Source: Candidatus Tepidifontimicrobium thermophilum (GTDB taxonomy: Bacteria > Sysuimicrobiota > Sysuimicrobiia > Sysuimicrobiales > Sysuimicrobiaceae). Taken from it: a stretch of 64,000 bases of DNA. Under the pieces are notes generated by a model that had not been told where the DNA came from, ran no database searches, and saw nothing but the letters and a program-made list of their open reading frames with translations. Positions 39,323-47,882 of the stretch are shown piece after piece. The stretch lies in assembly GCA_031459915.1 (NCBI GenBank), contig JAVKHO010000004.1, positions 32,001-96,000 of the forward strand, read 5' to 3'. Position 1 is the first letter of the stretch; every line of letters begins with the position of its first letter. The position numbers and the translations under genes are program-made.

Positions 39323-41638
39323 CTACCGTCCCGCCCGCAGGGCGCGCCACACCCGCTCTGCGGTGAAGGGGAAGTCCAGGTGCCGCACCCCGAAGGGCTC
39401 CAGGGCGTCCAGCACCGCGTTGGCGATGGCGGGCGGTGCGCCGATGGTCCCCGCCTCACCCAGACCCTTCGCTCCCAGCGGGTTCAGGGGAGAGGGTGTC
39501 TCCAGGAACTCGCTGACGAGGGGAGGCGCGTGCACCGCCCGCGGGAGCCCGTACTCCGCCAGGCTGGACGCCAGGGGCTGTCCCTGGTCGTCGTACTCGA
39601 AGGCCTCGGTGAACGCCTGTCCCAGCGCCTGCACCACGCTGCCCGAAATCTGGCCTTCCGCCAGGAGGGGGTTGACGATGCGGCCCGCGTCGTCCACCGC
39701 CACCAGCTTTAACACCTTCACTTCCCCCGTCTCCGGGTCCACCTCCACCACCGCGCCGTACGCGCCGTAGGGGAACACCGGACGCGGGATGGCGAAGTAC
39801 CCCACCGCCTCCAGGCCCATCTCCAGATCCGGCGGCAAGCGGTGCGGCTGGTAGGCCGCGGAGGCCACGTCGCGCCAGGAGACTACGCGCTCGGGCACCC
39901 CCCGAACCCAGATCCGACCGTCCTGCCAGTCCAGGTCGTCGGGAGAAGCCTCCAGCAGGTGCGCGGCGATAAGCTTGGCCTTCGCCCGGATTTTCTCCGC
40001 GGCCACCACGATGGCGGAGCCTCCCAGGGTGGTGGACCGGCTCCCGAACGTGCCGATGCTGCGGCCCAGCAGGTTCGTATCGCCGTACTGCACCAGGACG
40101 TCGTCCGGGTGCACCTGTAACAGGTCCGCGGCGATCTGCGCGAAGGAGGTCTCGTGGCCCTGCCCGTGGGGCACGGAGCCCGTGCGGACCACCACCCGGC
40201 CCGTGGGCTCCACCACCACCGCGGCGCTCTCCCAGAGCTGGCTCGCGGCCCGCTCCACGTAGAACGCCACCCCCACTCCCACGAGCCGGCCGTTGGCCCG
40301 GGCGCGCTCCTGCTCCTCCCGCCAGCGGTCGTACTCCAGCAGCTCCCGCAGCCTTTCCAGGGCCCGCGGGTAGTCGCCGGAGTCGTAGACGAATCCCAGG
40401 GGGTTGCGGTACGGGAACGCGTCGGGTCGGACCAGGTGCCGCATCCGGAATGCCACGGGGTCCTCGTGGAGCTCCCGGGCCACCAGTTCCGCCATCCGCT
40501 CCACCAGGTAAGCGGCCTCGGGCCTTCCGGCACCCCGGTACGGACCCGTGGGCACCTTGTTGGTGGCCACGCCCAGCAAGACCACGTGCGCGTGCGGGAT
40601 GGCGTACGCGCCCGTCATGAGCATGGCGGTGTTCACGGGCGGGACGGGCGTGGAGGGATACAAGTAGGCACCCGCGTCCGCCAGTAGACGGGCCCGCAGC
40701 GCCACCATCCGGTTTCCCCGGACGGCCACCTCTACCTCCGCGACCATTCCTCGCCCCTGGTAGCTGGCCAGAAGGTTCTCCCGGCGATCCTCCACCCACT
40801 TGACCGGGCAGCCCAGCACCAGGGCCGCCCAGGCGGCCAGCACGGTCTCCGGAGAGACCCCGAACTTGCTCCCGAAAGCCCCTCCCACGTCGGGCACGAT
40901 GAAGCGGATGCGCTCCTCCGGCCGCCGCAGGATGCGGCTCAACTGCTCGCGCGGCCGGTGGGTGCCCTGGGCGGACGCCCACACCGTCAGCAGGTCGGAT
41001 CCCGGCTCGTAGACGGCGACCGCGCCCCGGGTCTCCATGGGTACCGCGGCCAAGCGGGGAATCCGGAACTTCTGGCGCACCACCCGGTCCGCACGGGCGA
41101 ACTCGCCGTCCGGGTCTCCTCCCTTGCCTTCCCACCGGAACAGGACGTTGTCCGGAAGCTGCTCGTGCAGCCGCACCGCCCCCGCCAGCGACTCCTCGGG
41201 ATCCACCACGGCGGGTAAGGGATCGTAGTCCACCTCCACCACGGCTGCCGCGTCCTCCGCGGCCGCGCGCGTCTCTGCCACCACTGCGGCCACGGGTTCG
41301 CCCACGTAGCGGACCCGGTCGGTGGCGAGGACGGGGTGGGGGACCTGTTCCACCCGCGTGCCTTCCACTCCGGCCAGCGCGTACTGCCCGAGCCTGCCCG
41401 CTAGGTCCCGGCCGGTGAACACCGCCACCACGCCGGGTGTCGCCCGTGCCGCCTCCACCCGGACCCCGAGGACCCGGGCGTGGGCGTAGGGACTGCGCAC
41501 CACCACCAGGTGCAGCATTCCGGGCAGCTTCAGGTCGTCCACGTACCGCGCCTGGCCCCGCAGGAAGCGGCCGTCTTCCTTGCGCCTCAGGGGACGGCCG
41601 ACCCACCCTCCCGCAGGCGGAGCGTGCTCAACCCTCAC
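39323..41638 (-). CDS. Xanthine-dehydrogenase-family molybdopterin-binding large subunit (CoxL/CutL-like)
   Basis: RKED.RFL.G, VGGAFGSK, PYRGAGRPE, HGQGHET, GTFGSRS, GAKGLGE. Confidence 0.92.
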   Translation of the reverse strand: MRVEHAPPAGGWVGRPLRRKEDGRFLRGQARYVDDLKLPGMLHLVVVRSPYAHARVLGVRVEAARATPGVVAVFTGRDLAGRLGQYALAGVEGTRVEQVPHPVLATDRVRYVGEPVAAVVAETRAAAEDAAAVVEVDYDPLPAVVDPEESLAGAVRLHEQLPDNVLFRWEGKGGDPDGEFARADRVVRQKFRIPRLAAVPMETRGAVAVYEPGSDLLTVWASAQGTHRPREQLSRILRRPEERIRFIVPDVGGAFGSKFGVSPETVLAAWAALVLGCPVKWVEDRRENLLASYQGRGMVAEVEVAVRGNRMVALRARLLADAGAYLYPSTPVPPVNTAMLMTGAYAIPHAHVVLLGVATNKVPTGPYRGAGRPEAAYLVERMAELVARELHEDPVAFRMRHLVRPDAFPYRNPLGFVYDSGDYPRALERLRELLEYDRWREEQERARANGRLVGVGVAFYVERAASQLWESAAVVVEPTGRVVVRTGSVPHGQGHETSFAQIAADLLQVHPDDVLVQYGDTNLLGRSIGTFGSRSTTLGGSAIVVAAEKIRAKAKLIAAHLLEASPDDLDWQDGRIWVRGVPERVVSWRDVASAAYQPHRLPPDLEMGLEAVGYFAIPRPVFPYGAYGAVVEVDPETGEVKVLKLVAVDDAGRIVNPLLAEGQISGSVVQALGQAFTEAFEYDDQGQPLASSLAEYGLPRAVHAPPLVSEFLETPSPLNPLGAKGLGEAGTIGAPPAIANAVLDALEPFGVRHLDFPFTAERVWRALRAGR

Positions 41639-41710
41639 AGACTCGACCTCCTCACCTCGCGCGAACTCCCGAGCACACGCACCAGTATACGCCGGAGCCC
41701 CGGGGTCGCC

Positions 41711-42166
41711 TCAGCCGCGCCACGTGCAGGCCGGGCCCAGGAACACCGTCTCGTGCCGTCCCTGGGAGAAGTACTCCAGGAATGTGAGCTCGGAGTCCGG
41801 GTCCGCCAGGAGCTGGTGGATGTCTCCCTCCGCCACCCACACCACCGAGCCCGCGCGCAGGGGGAATTCGGCGTCCCCGATGCGGATGCGGCCGCGGCCG
41901 GCCAGTACGAGGAAGAAGTGTTCGGTTCCCCTGTGGAGGTGTACGGGGGAGGCCGAGCCAGGGGCCACGGTCACCACGTCCACCAGCAGGGAGCTGCCCG
42001 TGTTGGTGTGGTTGAGCAGGACACGCTTTCTCCGCCCGTCGTGCACGGATACGAGCTCAGGGACCTCCTCCAGGTGGAACACCTTGGAACCCGGACCCCG
42101 GCCCACCACCTGCTCGGCGTCCGCCAGCGCCTCGTGGGGCACGGCGGCCCGCTGGGTCTCCGCCAT
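41711..42166 (-). CDS. Cupin-domain protein
   Basis: PVHLH..TEHFFLVLAG.G, G..VWV..GDIH; ATG after AGGAGG. Confidence 0.82.
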   Translation of the reverse strand: MAETQRAAVPHEALADAEQVVGRGPGSKVFHLEEVPELVSVHDGRRKRVLLNHTNTGSSLLVDVVTVAPGSASPVHLHRGTEHFFLVLAGRGRIRIGDAEFPLRAGSVVWVAEGDIHQLLADPDSELTFLEYFSQGRHETVFLGPACTWRG

Positions 42167-42192
42167 CGCTACGGCCTCCTTTCCGTCCGTCC

Positions 42193-42585
42193 CTAGTGCC
42201 AGCGGGGATCTCCGGACCACTTGCCCAGCTTTGTGAGACAGGCCCGCGTGAACCCCCACTCCACCGCCCGCTCGTAGGTGGGCCGCTCCACCGCCGAAAT
42301 GTTGCCGATCTGCCACACCGTCTTCCAGGGGAGCAGGCCGAAGTGCTGGAACACCATGGCCACCTCGGGTCGCGGACCGCGGACCTGCTCGCCGTCCACC
42401 CACACCCTCCCTTCGTCCGGGGGCACCAGGCCCGCGAGGATCCGTAGCAGGGTGGTCTTCCCGCACCCGCTGGGCCCGATCACGCAGAGGAACTCGTTGG
42501 GCTGCACCTGCACCGAGCACGGCCCCAGCGCGCTGACGTCACCGAAACGCTTGGTCACACCCTCCACGACCATCTTCGCGGTCAT
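42193..42585 (-). pseudogene. Truncated NitT/TauT ABC ATPase fused to an unrelated C-terminal tail
   Basis: Walker A GPSGCGKTT and Q-loop VFQHFGLLPWKTV are present. Signature, Walker B and H-loop are absent, and there is no permease nearby. Confidence 0.75.
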
Positions 42586-43667
42586 CCCGCGCCTCCGGAG
42601 CTCGCCCCCAGCTGCTCGGCCATCCAGTCCGCCACCAGGGGCCGGTACTTGTAGGGGATGTTGTTGCACACGTGGTTGCCCTCGGGGTACAGCACGAACT
42701 CCCCCCGGGGCGCCTCCCGCGCTACCCGCTCCGCGTCCTGCCAGGGGAACAGGGCGTCCTGCTGCCCGAACACCACCAACAGCGGCTGCTGCAGCCTCGG
42801 CAGCACCGGCCCCAGGTCCAGCTCCAGGGCCCGACGCCGTGCCTCCGAGTCGTCAGCCGCGCCCGCGTGGTACCGGAACGTCTCCCTCGTCAGGACCGGC
42901 AGCCGCTCCCACGCGGCCCCGAAGTTGTAGGGCCCTCCGATGGCGGCCACCGCCCGGATCCGCGGCTCAAACGCCGCGGCCCGGGGCGCGTAGTAGCCGC
43001 CCAGGCTGACCCCCACCGCCCCCACCCGGTCCAGGTCCAGGTCGAAGTTTGCCGACAGGTGGTCCAGCACCGCCCGCACCGCCGCCTCGTAGTCGGGCCG
43101 GATGCGGGTGTGGAAACCCGTCTCACCCTGGCCAGGGCCGTCCACGGATACCGTGGCCATCCCCCGCACCAGGAAGGTGTTCTCCCAGTGGAAGAACTCC
43201 TCTTTGGTGGAGTCCAGGCCCGGGATCAGCAGCACCACAGGCGGCCGCTGGCGGCCCTGGGGCCTGCGCAGGTTCGCGAACAGCATCGTGTCCTCGAAGG
43301 GGATCTCCAGACGGCGCGCGGTAGCGTCGAGGTGTCTGTGGGCCGCCCGGAGGGCCTCCACGGACCGCACCGTGGTCTCCCGGTACCGCTGAGGATCCAC
43401 CGTCCACACGAACTTCGCGAAGTGGTAGCACAAGGCCGCCCGCACCCACGCCTCGCCCGCGGTGATCCGCCGTCCCCGGGCCTCCGCCTCGCGGGCCAGC
43501 TCCGCGTGGACGTCTCCGGTCCGCACCCACGCCTCCAGCCACTCCTCCCAGCGCGTGATGGAAGCGGTCGCGCGGACGAAGTCGTTGTAGTCCACCCCCT
43601 GGGCGATCATCCGTGGGGCCCAGTTCTGCACCACCGCCTGAACCCTCGTGTCCCCCCGCCCGCTCAC
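42582..43667 (-). CDS. Alpha/beta hydrolase (2,6-dihydroxypseudooxynicotine hydrolase-like / FrsA-like)
   Basis: PGLDSTKEE, DGPGQGE, GVSLGGYYA nucleophile elbow, G..D, GNHVC. Confidence 0.85.
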   Translation of the reverse strand: MSGRGDTRVQAVVQNWAPRMIAQGVDYNDFVRATASITRWEEWLEAWVRTGDVHAELAREAEARGRRITAGEAWVRAALCYHFAKFVWTVDPQRYRETTVRSVEALRAAHRHLDATARRLEIPFEDTMLFANLRRPQGRQRPPVVLLIPGLDSTKEEFFHWENTFLVRGMATVSVDGPGQGETGFHTRIRPDYEAAVRAVLDHLSANFDLDLDRVGAVGVSLGGYYAPRAAAFEPRIRAVAAIGGPYNFGAAWERLPVLTRETFRYHAGAADDSEARRRALELDLGPVLPRLQQPLLVVFGQQDALFPWQDAERVAREAPRGEFVLYPEGNHVCNNIPYKYRPLVADWMAEQLGASSGGAG

Positions 43668-44653
43668 GTCCGCACCTCCAGGCCCAGGGCCCGGGCCGCG
43701 TTGTCCCGCAAGACCCTGGCTTCCGCCTCCTCCCCCAGCTCTGCCCGGCGGACGAACTCCACCGGCTGCGCCAGTCCCATGTCGAAGGGGTAGTCGGACC
43801 CCAACACCACCTGCTCCGAGCCCACCCACTCCACCAGCTGCCTCAGCAGCACGGGGTCGTGGGTGACGGTGTCGTAGTAGAAGCGCCGCAGGCACACTTC
43901 CACGTCCTCCCGCAGTCTCGCCCGCGCCTTGGGTTGGAAGGTGTGGGCGTGGCGCAACCGGCCCCGCAGGGCGGGCAGAGCACCACCCCCGTGGGCCAGG
44001 ATGACCACAAGCCGCGGATGACGCTCCAGCACCCCGCTCATCACCAGGTGCCCGGCGGTCATGGCGGTCTCCACGGGGTTGCCGACCGTGTTCCACAGGT
44101 AGTACTCGTGCAGTTCGGGGATCCCGAACCCTCGGGTGGTGGGGTGCACGAACACGCCGAGTTTCAAGGCTTCTGCAGCCTCCCATACGGGCTCGAACGC
44201 ATCCTCCCCCAATAACCGGCCTCCGACCCTGGCGGTGACCTCCACGCCCACCAGCCCCGGCCGGCCCCGCACGTCCTCCAGCAACCGCGCGGCCTCCTCC
44301 GGAGCCTGGAGGGGGACCGCCCCGAACGCCCACACCCGGCCTGGGCGGCGCGCACAGACCCGGGACAGCCCCTCGTTCCACGCCTTGCAGACCTCCCGGG
44401 CCAGCCCCACGTCCTGCTCCTCGTACGGCAGCATCGAGACCCAGGGCGAGAGGATCACGGCGTCCACGCCTACCCGGTCCAAGTCCTCCAGGGTCGCCTC
44501 GGGGTCCGCCAGCGCCCCCACCGCGGAGAGAACCCGCTGCCCGCGCCACTCCACGACGTCGCGGTCGCCCTCCCGGACCCGCCGCGCCCGCCAGTCCCCT
44601 TCGCCCACCAGCTCGGGGACGACGACGTGGCAGTGGACGTCGACCGCGTTCAC
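43664..44653 (-). CDS. Amidohydrolase_2 (ACMSD-like decarboxylase/hydratase)
   Basis: DVHCH, VPLQAP, FVHP, AHGGGA, YYDT, GSDYPFDMG. Confidence 0.9.
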   Translation of the reverse strand: MNAVDVHCHVVVPELVGEGDWRARRVREGDRDVVEWRGQRVLSAVGALADPEATLEDLDRVGVDAVILSPWVSMLPYEEQDVGLAREVCKAWNEGLSRVCARRPGRVWAFGAVPLQAPEEAARLLEDVRGRPGLVGVEVTARVGGRLLGEDAFEPVWEAAEALKLGVFVHPTTRGFGIPELHEYYLWNTVGNPVETAMTAGHLVMSGVLERHPRLVVILAHGGGALPALRGRLRHAHTFQPKARARLREDVEVCLRRFYYDTVTHDPVLLRQLVEWVGSEQVVLGSDYPFDMGLAQPVEFVRRAELGEEAEARVLRDNAARALGLEVRT

Positions 44654-45240
44654 CGGCGACCTGCCACCCCCTTGGTGCCGGGCTTCAACCCCACAGCGGT
44701 GTCCGCCAGCACCTCGCCGTGCCGAATGCCCAGGGTTTTGATCCACCGCTGCTGCCCGAGGGTGAGGGCGACGAAGAAGCCCAGTTCCACGATTTCCGGA
44801 ACGGTGAACTGCTCATAGAGCTTCGCCCACAGGGCGTCGTCCGCGATCTCCGCGTTCCACACGATGGCACTGGTGTACCGCAACGCCACCTTCTCCCGCT
44901 CCGTGAAATGTTCGGACTCCTCAAAGTGCAGCAGCTCCTCGTACTTCTCCTCCGTCAGGCCCTTCCGTCCAGCCTGGACGGATCGCTGGACCCCTCAGTA
45001 CTCGCACTCGATGGACTTCGAGACGTAGACGCGACACAGCTCCTTGATGGAGTGGTCCAGCACCCCCTGCCGGAAGGTGAGCTCCCACGCCTGGCTGAAA
45101 GCCCGGATGACGTTGGGGCTGTGGGCCCGGATGGCCTGGCTTTCCGGCCTCGGGGTGCCCTCCCGCCGGGCGCGCTCCAGATACCCCAGAATCTCCGGGT
45201 CCTTTACGGTGTCAGGGTCTACGTACGGAATCCTCGGCAT
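44650..45240 (-). CDS. AhpD/carboxymuconolactone-decarboxylase-like protein, probable selenoprotein (C79-E-Y-U82)
   Basis: ORFs 44995-45240 and 44650-44889 share a frame and are separated only by TGA at 44995-44997. Read-through gives ...IKELCRVYVSKSIECEY(U)GVQRS...FTEREKVAL...FTVPEIVEL. Confidence 0.85.
44958..44994 (-). promoter_or_regulatory. Bacterial SECIS-like hairpin
   Basis: UGA-GG-GGUCC-AGCGA-UCCGUCC-AGGCU-GGACGGA-A-GGGCC: the upper stem starts 12 nt after UGA, the apical loop contains G, and the lower stem is GGUCC/GGGCC. Confidence 0.75.
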
Positions 45241-45254
45241 CCTCCCACCTCCCG

Positions 45255-46430
45255 CTATCCCACACGGCGCAAGCCCCGGGGATACCCGTGCACAGGCTCT
45301 ACGCCGTCCTCCCTCAGCACCACCAGCTCCCCGGTCTGCACGCCGGCTCGGGCGTCCGGGGTCACCACGTTGGGCTGGATCACCAGGGCCATGCCGGGCC
45401 GCAGGATCAGCTCCGCGTCCTGCGGGTTGTCGAATCCCTCAGGCCCCAGCACAGGCGGCAGGTAGCCGCCTCCGTACCCGTGCACGAGGTCGTCATACAC
45501 CGTGAACCCTGCCCGTCGGATCCCCTCCAGCACCCGCAGGAGTTCCCCCGCGCGGATCCCCGGCCGCAGGACGCGCAGCGCGTGCTCAAACGCCTCCTCC
45601 GCCACCCGGTGCAGCTCGCGAAACAGGGGCGTCGGCTCTGCCCCCACCACAAACGTTCGCAGGAGCTGCCCCGCATAGCCCCAGAAGGCCGCGCTGATCT
45701 CACACACCACCACGTCCCCTACCCGCACCCGGCGGCCGGAGGGGTACTGCGCGGGGACGCACCGGTCAGGATCGGTCATGGAAGTGACGGAGAGGAAGTG
45801 GATGTGGGTGCTTCCGCCCAACGGCACGTACGCCCGCTCCACGACGTCCACCAGCTCGAACTCGCTCACCCCGGGGCGGAGGGCTGCCTCCAGGGCCCGT
45901 ACCGCGCGGTCGGTGAGCTCGGCCCCCGCCCGCAACCACGCGAGCTCCTCCTCCGACTTCACCAGCCGCAACGACACGTAGGAGGGGGTCAGGTCCACCA
46001 CCTGCCGCACGCGCGTGGCCAGGGGATGCCACGCAGAACCGGGCAGGGGTCCCACCACACCCACCCGCTGCTGTTCACCCCCTCGCCGGACCAGCTCCTC
46101 GGCCACGGTTCGGGCGGTTGCTGGCCCTGCCCAGACCACCTGGACGTCCGAGGCCACGGCGCGCCGGGCCGTAGGCACGTGGTTCCGGTACTGGACGAAC
46201 AGCTTCACGGCCTCCCCGGGGGCCCACACCACCGCTGCCTCCCGCGTCACCGGCCATCCGGTGAACCACTGGACGGCGTCGCCGCTGCCCGCATTCCCGT
46301 ACAGCACGAGCCGGTCCACCCCGCTCCGCTCCACCAGTTGCGCCAGCTGCGCCCGACGGCGGCGCACCTCGTCGTCGGAGAAAAGCGGGTAGCCATCCTC
46401 TGCCCACACTGCCCGCCAGGAGGACCCCAT
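45255..46430 (-). CDS. M24 (creatinase/aminopeptidase-P fold) hydrolase with non-canonical ligands
   Basis: LRLVKSEEE, LRPG, GYAGQLLRTF, VHGYG, LRPGM..VIQPN. Confidence 0.82.
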   Translation of the reverse strand: MGSSWRAVWAEDGYPLFSDDEVRRRRAQLAQLVERSGVDRLVLYGNAGSGDAVQWFTGWPVTREAAVVWAPGEAVKLFVQYRNHVPTARRAVASDVQVVWAGPATARTVAEELVRRGGEQQRVGVVGPLPGSAWHPLATRVRQVVDLTPSYVSLRLVKSEEELAWLRAGAELTDRAVRALEAALRPGVSEFELVDVVERAYVPLGGSTHIHFLSVTSMTDPDRCVPAQYPSGRRVRVGDVVVCEISAAFWGYAGQLLRTFVVGAEPTPLFRELHRVAEEAFEHALRVLRPGIRAGELLRVLEGIRRAGFTVYDDLVHGYGGGYLPPVLGPEGFDNPQDAELILRPGMALVIQPNVVTPDARAGVQTGELVVLREDGVEPVHGYPRGLRRVG

Positions 46431-46432
46431 CC

Positions 46433-47875
46433 CTAGCCGTCCGCGGGATTGAGCACCACGATCCGCAGGTCCGTCATCTCCTCGATGGCGTATCGGGGTC
46501 CCTCCCGGCCGATCCCGCTCCGCCGGATCCCACCGTAGGGCATAAGGTCCACGCGGAACCCCGACGTGTCGTTGACGATCACCCCGCCCATGCGGAGAGT
46601 CCGGGCCGCCTTCATGGCACGGTCCAGGTTCCGGGTGAACACCCCCGCCTGCAACCCGTACTCCGTGTCGTTGGCCTGCCGCAGGGCCTCCTCGAAGCTC
46701 GAGCAGGCCACCACGGACGCCACGGGCCCGAACACCTCCTGGCAGACCACCTTCATCTCCGGCCGCACGTCGGTCAGCACCGTGGCCGGGTAGAGGACCC
46801 CCTGCCGCGGCCCGCCCAGCGCGCGCCGGGCGCCTCCCTGCACCGCTTCCTCCACCCAGGCCTCCACGCGCCGCGCGTCGTCCTCAGAGATCAGGGGCCC
46901 GATGTCCGTGTCGGGATCCTCGGGGTCGCCCAGCTTCATGGCCCGCGCGGCCGCCACGAACTTCTCGAGAAACGGCTCGTAGGCCGGCTCCTCCACGTAG
47001 ATGCGCTGCACGGAGATGCAGAACTGACCCGCGTAGAGATACGCGAACCGGGCCAGCAGCTGCGCCGCCTGGTCCAGGTTCGCGTCCTGGGCGACGATGT
47101 TCGGGGAGTTGTTCCCCAGCTCCAGGATCACCCGCCGCAGGCCTGTGGCGGCCTTGATGCGCTCCCCCACCTCGGGGCTGCCGGTGAAGGTGTACAGGGC
47201 GATCCCGGGGTGACGCAGCAGGGCCTCGCCCACGGTCCGCCCGCCGCCGACGACCACGTTGAGGTACCCCGGGGGAAGCCCGGCCTCTTCCAGGAGCTGG
47301 GCCAGCATCAGGCTCGTGAGGGGCGTGTAGGTGGCCGGTTTCAGGACGACGGCGTTCCCTGCGGCCAGGGCGGGCCCCACCTTGTGCGCCACCAGGTTCA
47401 GGGGGAAGTTGAAGGGGGAGATGGCGCACACCACACCTACTGGAACCCGGAGGGTGAAAGCCAGGCGTCCTTCGCCGCCCGGGGCGGCTTCCACGGGCAC
47501 CTGCTCCCCGTGGATCCGCTTGGCCTCCTCCCCGCTGAGGGAAATGGTCTGGAGCGCGCGGTCCACTTCCACCCGTGCGTACTTCAGGGGTTTGCCGGCC
47601 TCCCGGGCGATGGTCAGCGCGAACTCCTCGCGCCGCTGGCTCAACAGGTCCGCGGCGCGGCGCAGGATCTCGAACCGTCGGTACGGGGAAAGCGGACGCT
47701 CCTCCAGGGCCCGCTGCGCCGCCTGCACCGCCTCGTCCACGAGGGCCTCGTCCGCCTCCACCACCTCCGCCAGGACCTCCTGCCGGTACTTGTGCAGCAC
47801 CGGCACGGTACGCGGGCCGTCGCGCCACCTGCCGTCGATGTACAAGCCCCATCGGGGTACTGTCACCGTGGCCAC
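46433..47875 (-). CDS. NAD(P)-dependent aldehyde dehydrogenase
   Basis: PFNFP, LKPA, FTGS, LELG, GQFCIS, EVFGP. Confidence 0.95.
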   Translation of the reverse strand: MATVTVPRWGLYIDGRWRDGPRTVPVLHKYRQEVLAEVVEADEALVDEAVQAAQRALEERPLSPYRRFEILRRAADLLSQRREEFALTIAREAGKPLKYARVEVDRALQTISLSGEEAKRIHGEQVPVEAAPGGEGRLAFTLRVPVGVVCAISPFNFPLNLVAHKVGPALAAGNAVVLKPATYTPLTSLMLAQLLEEAGLPPGYLNVVVGGGRTVGEALLRHPGIALYTFTGSPEVGERIKAATGLRRVILELGNNSPNIVAQDANLDQAAQLLARFAYLYAGQFCISVQRIYVEEPAYEPFLEKFVAAARAMKLGDPEDPDTDIGPLISEDDARRVEAWVEEAVQGGARRALGGPRQGVLYPATVLTDVRPEMKVVCQEVFGPVASVVACSSFEEALRQANDTEYGLQAGVFTRNLDRAMKAARTLRMGGVIVNDTSGFRVDLMPYGGIRRSGIGREGPRYAIEEMTDLRIVVLNPADG

Positions 47876-47882
47876 GTCCTCC

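Noticed and set aside
39323..41638. True aerobic CO dehydrogenase, or a labile-selenium Mo hydroxylase
   Set aside because: It lacks the form I AYxCSFR loop, and no cox accessory or yqeB/yqeC-type genes are in the window.
44650..45240. Two separate small genes, or a nonsense pseudogene
   Set aside because: The stop is TGA exactly at the second Cys position of a CxxC motif and is followed by a SECIS-like hairpin, so recoding is the simpler explanation. A pseudogene is not fully excluded without seeing the sel genes.
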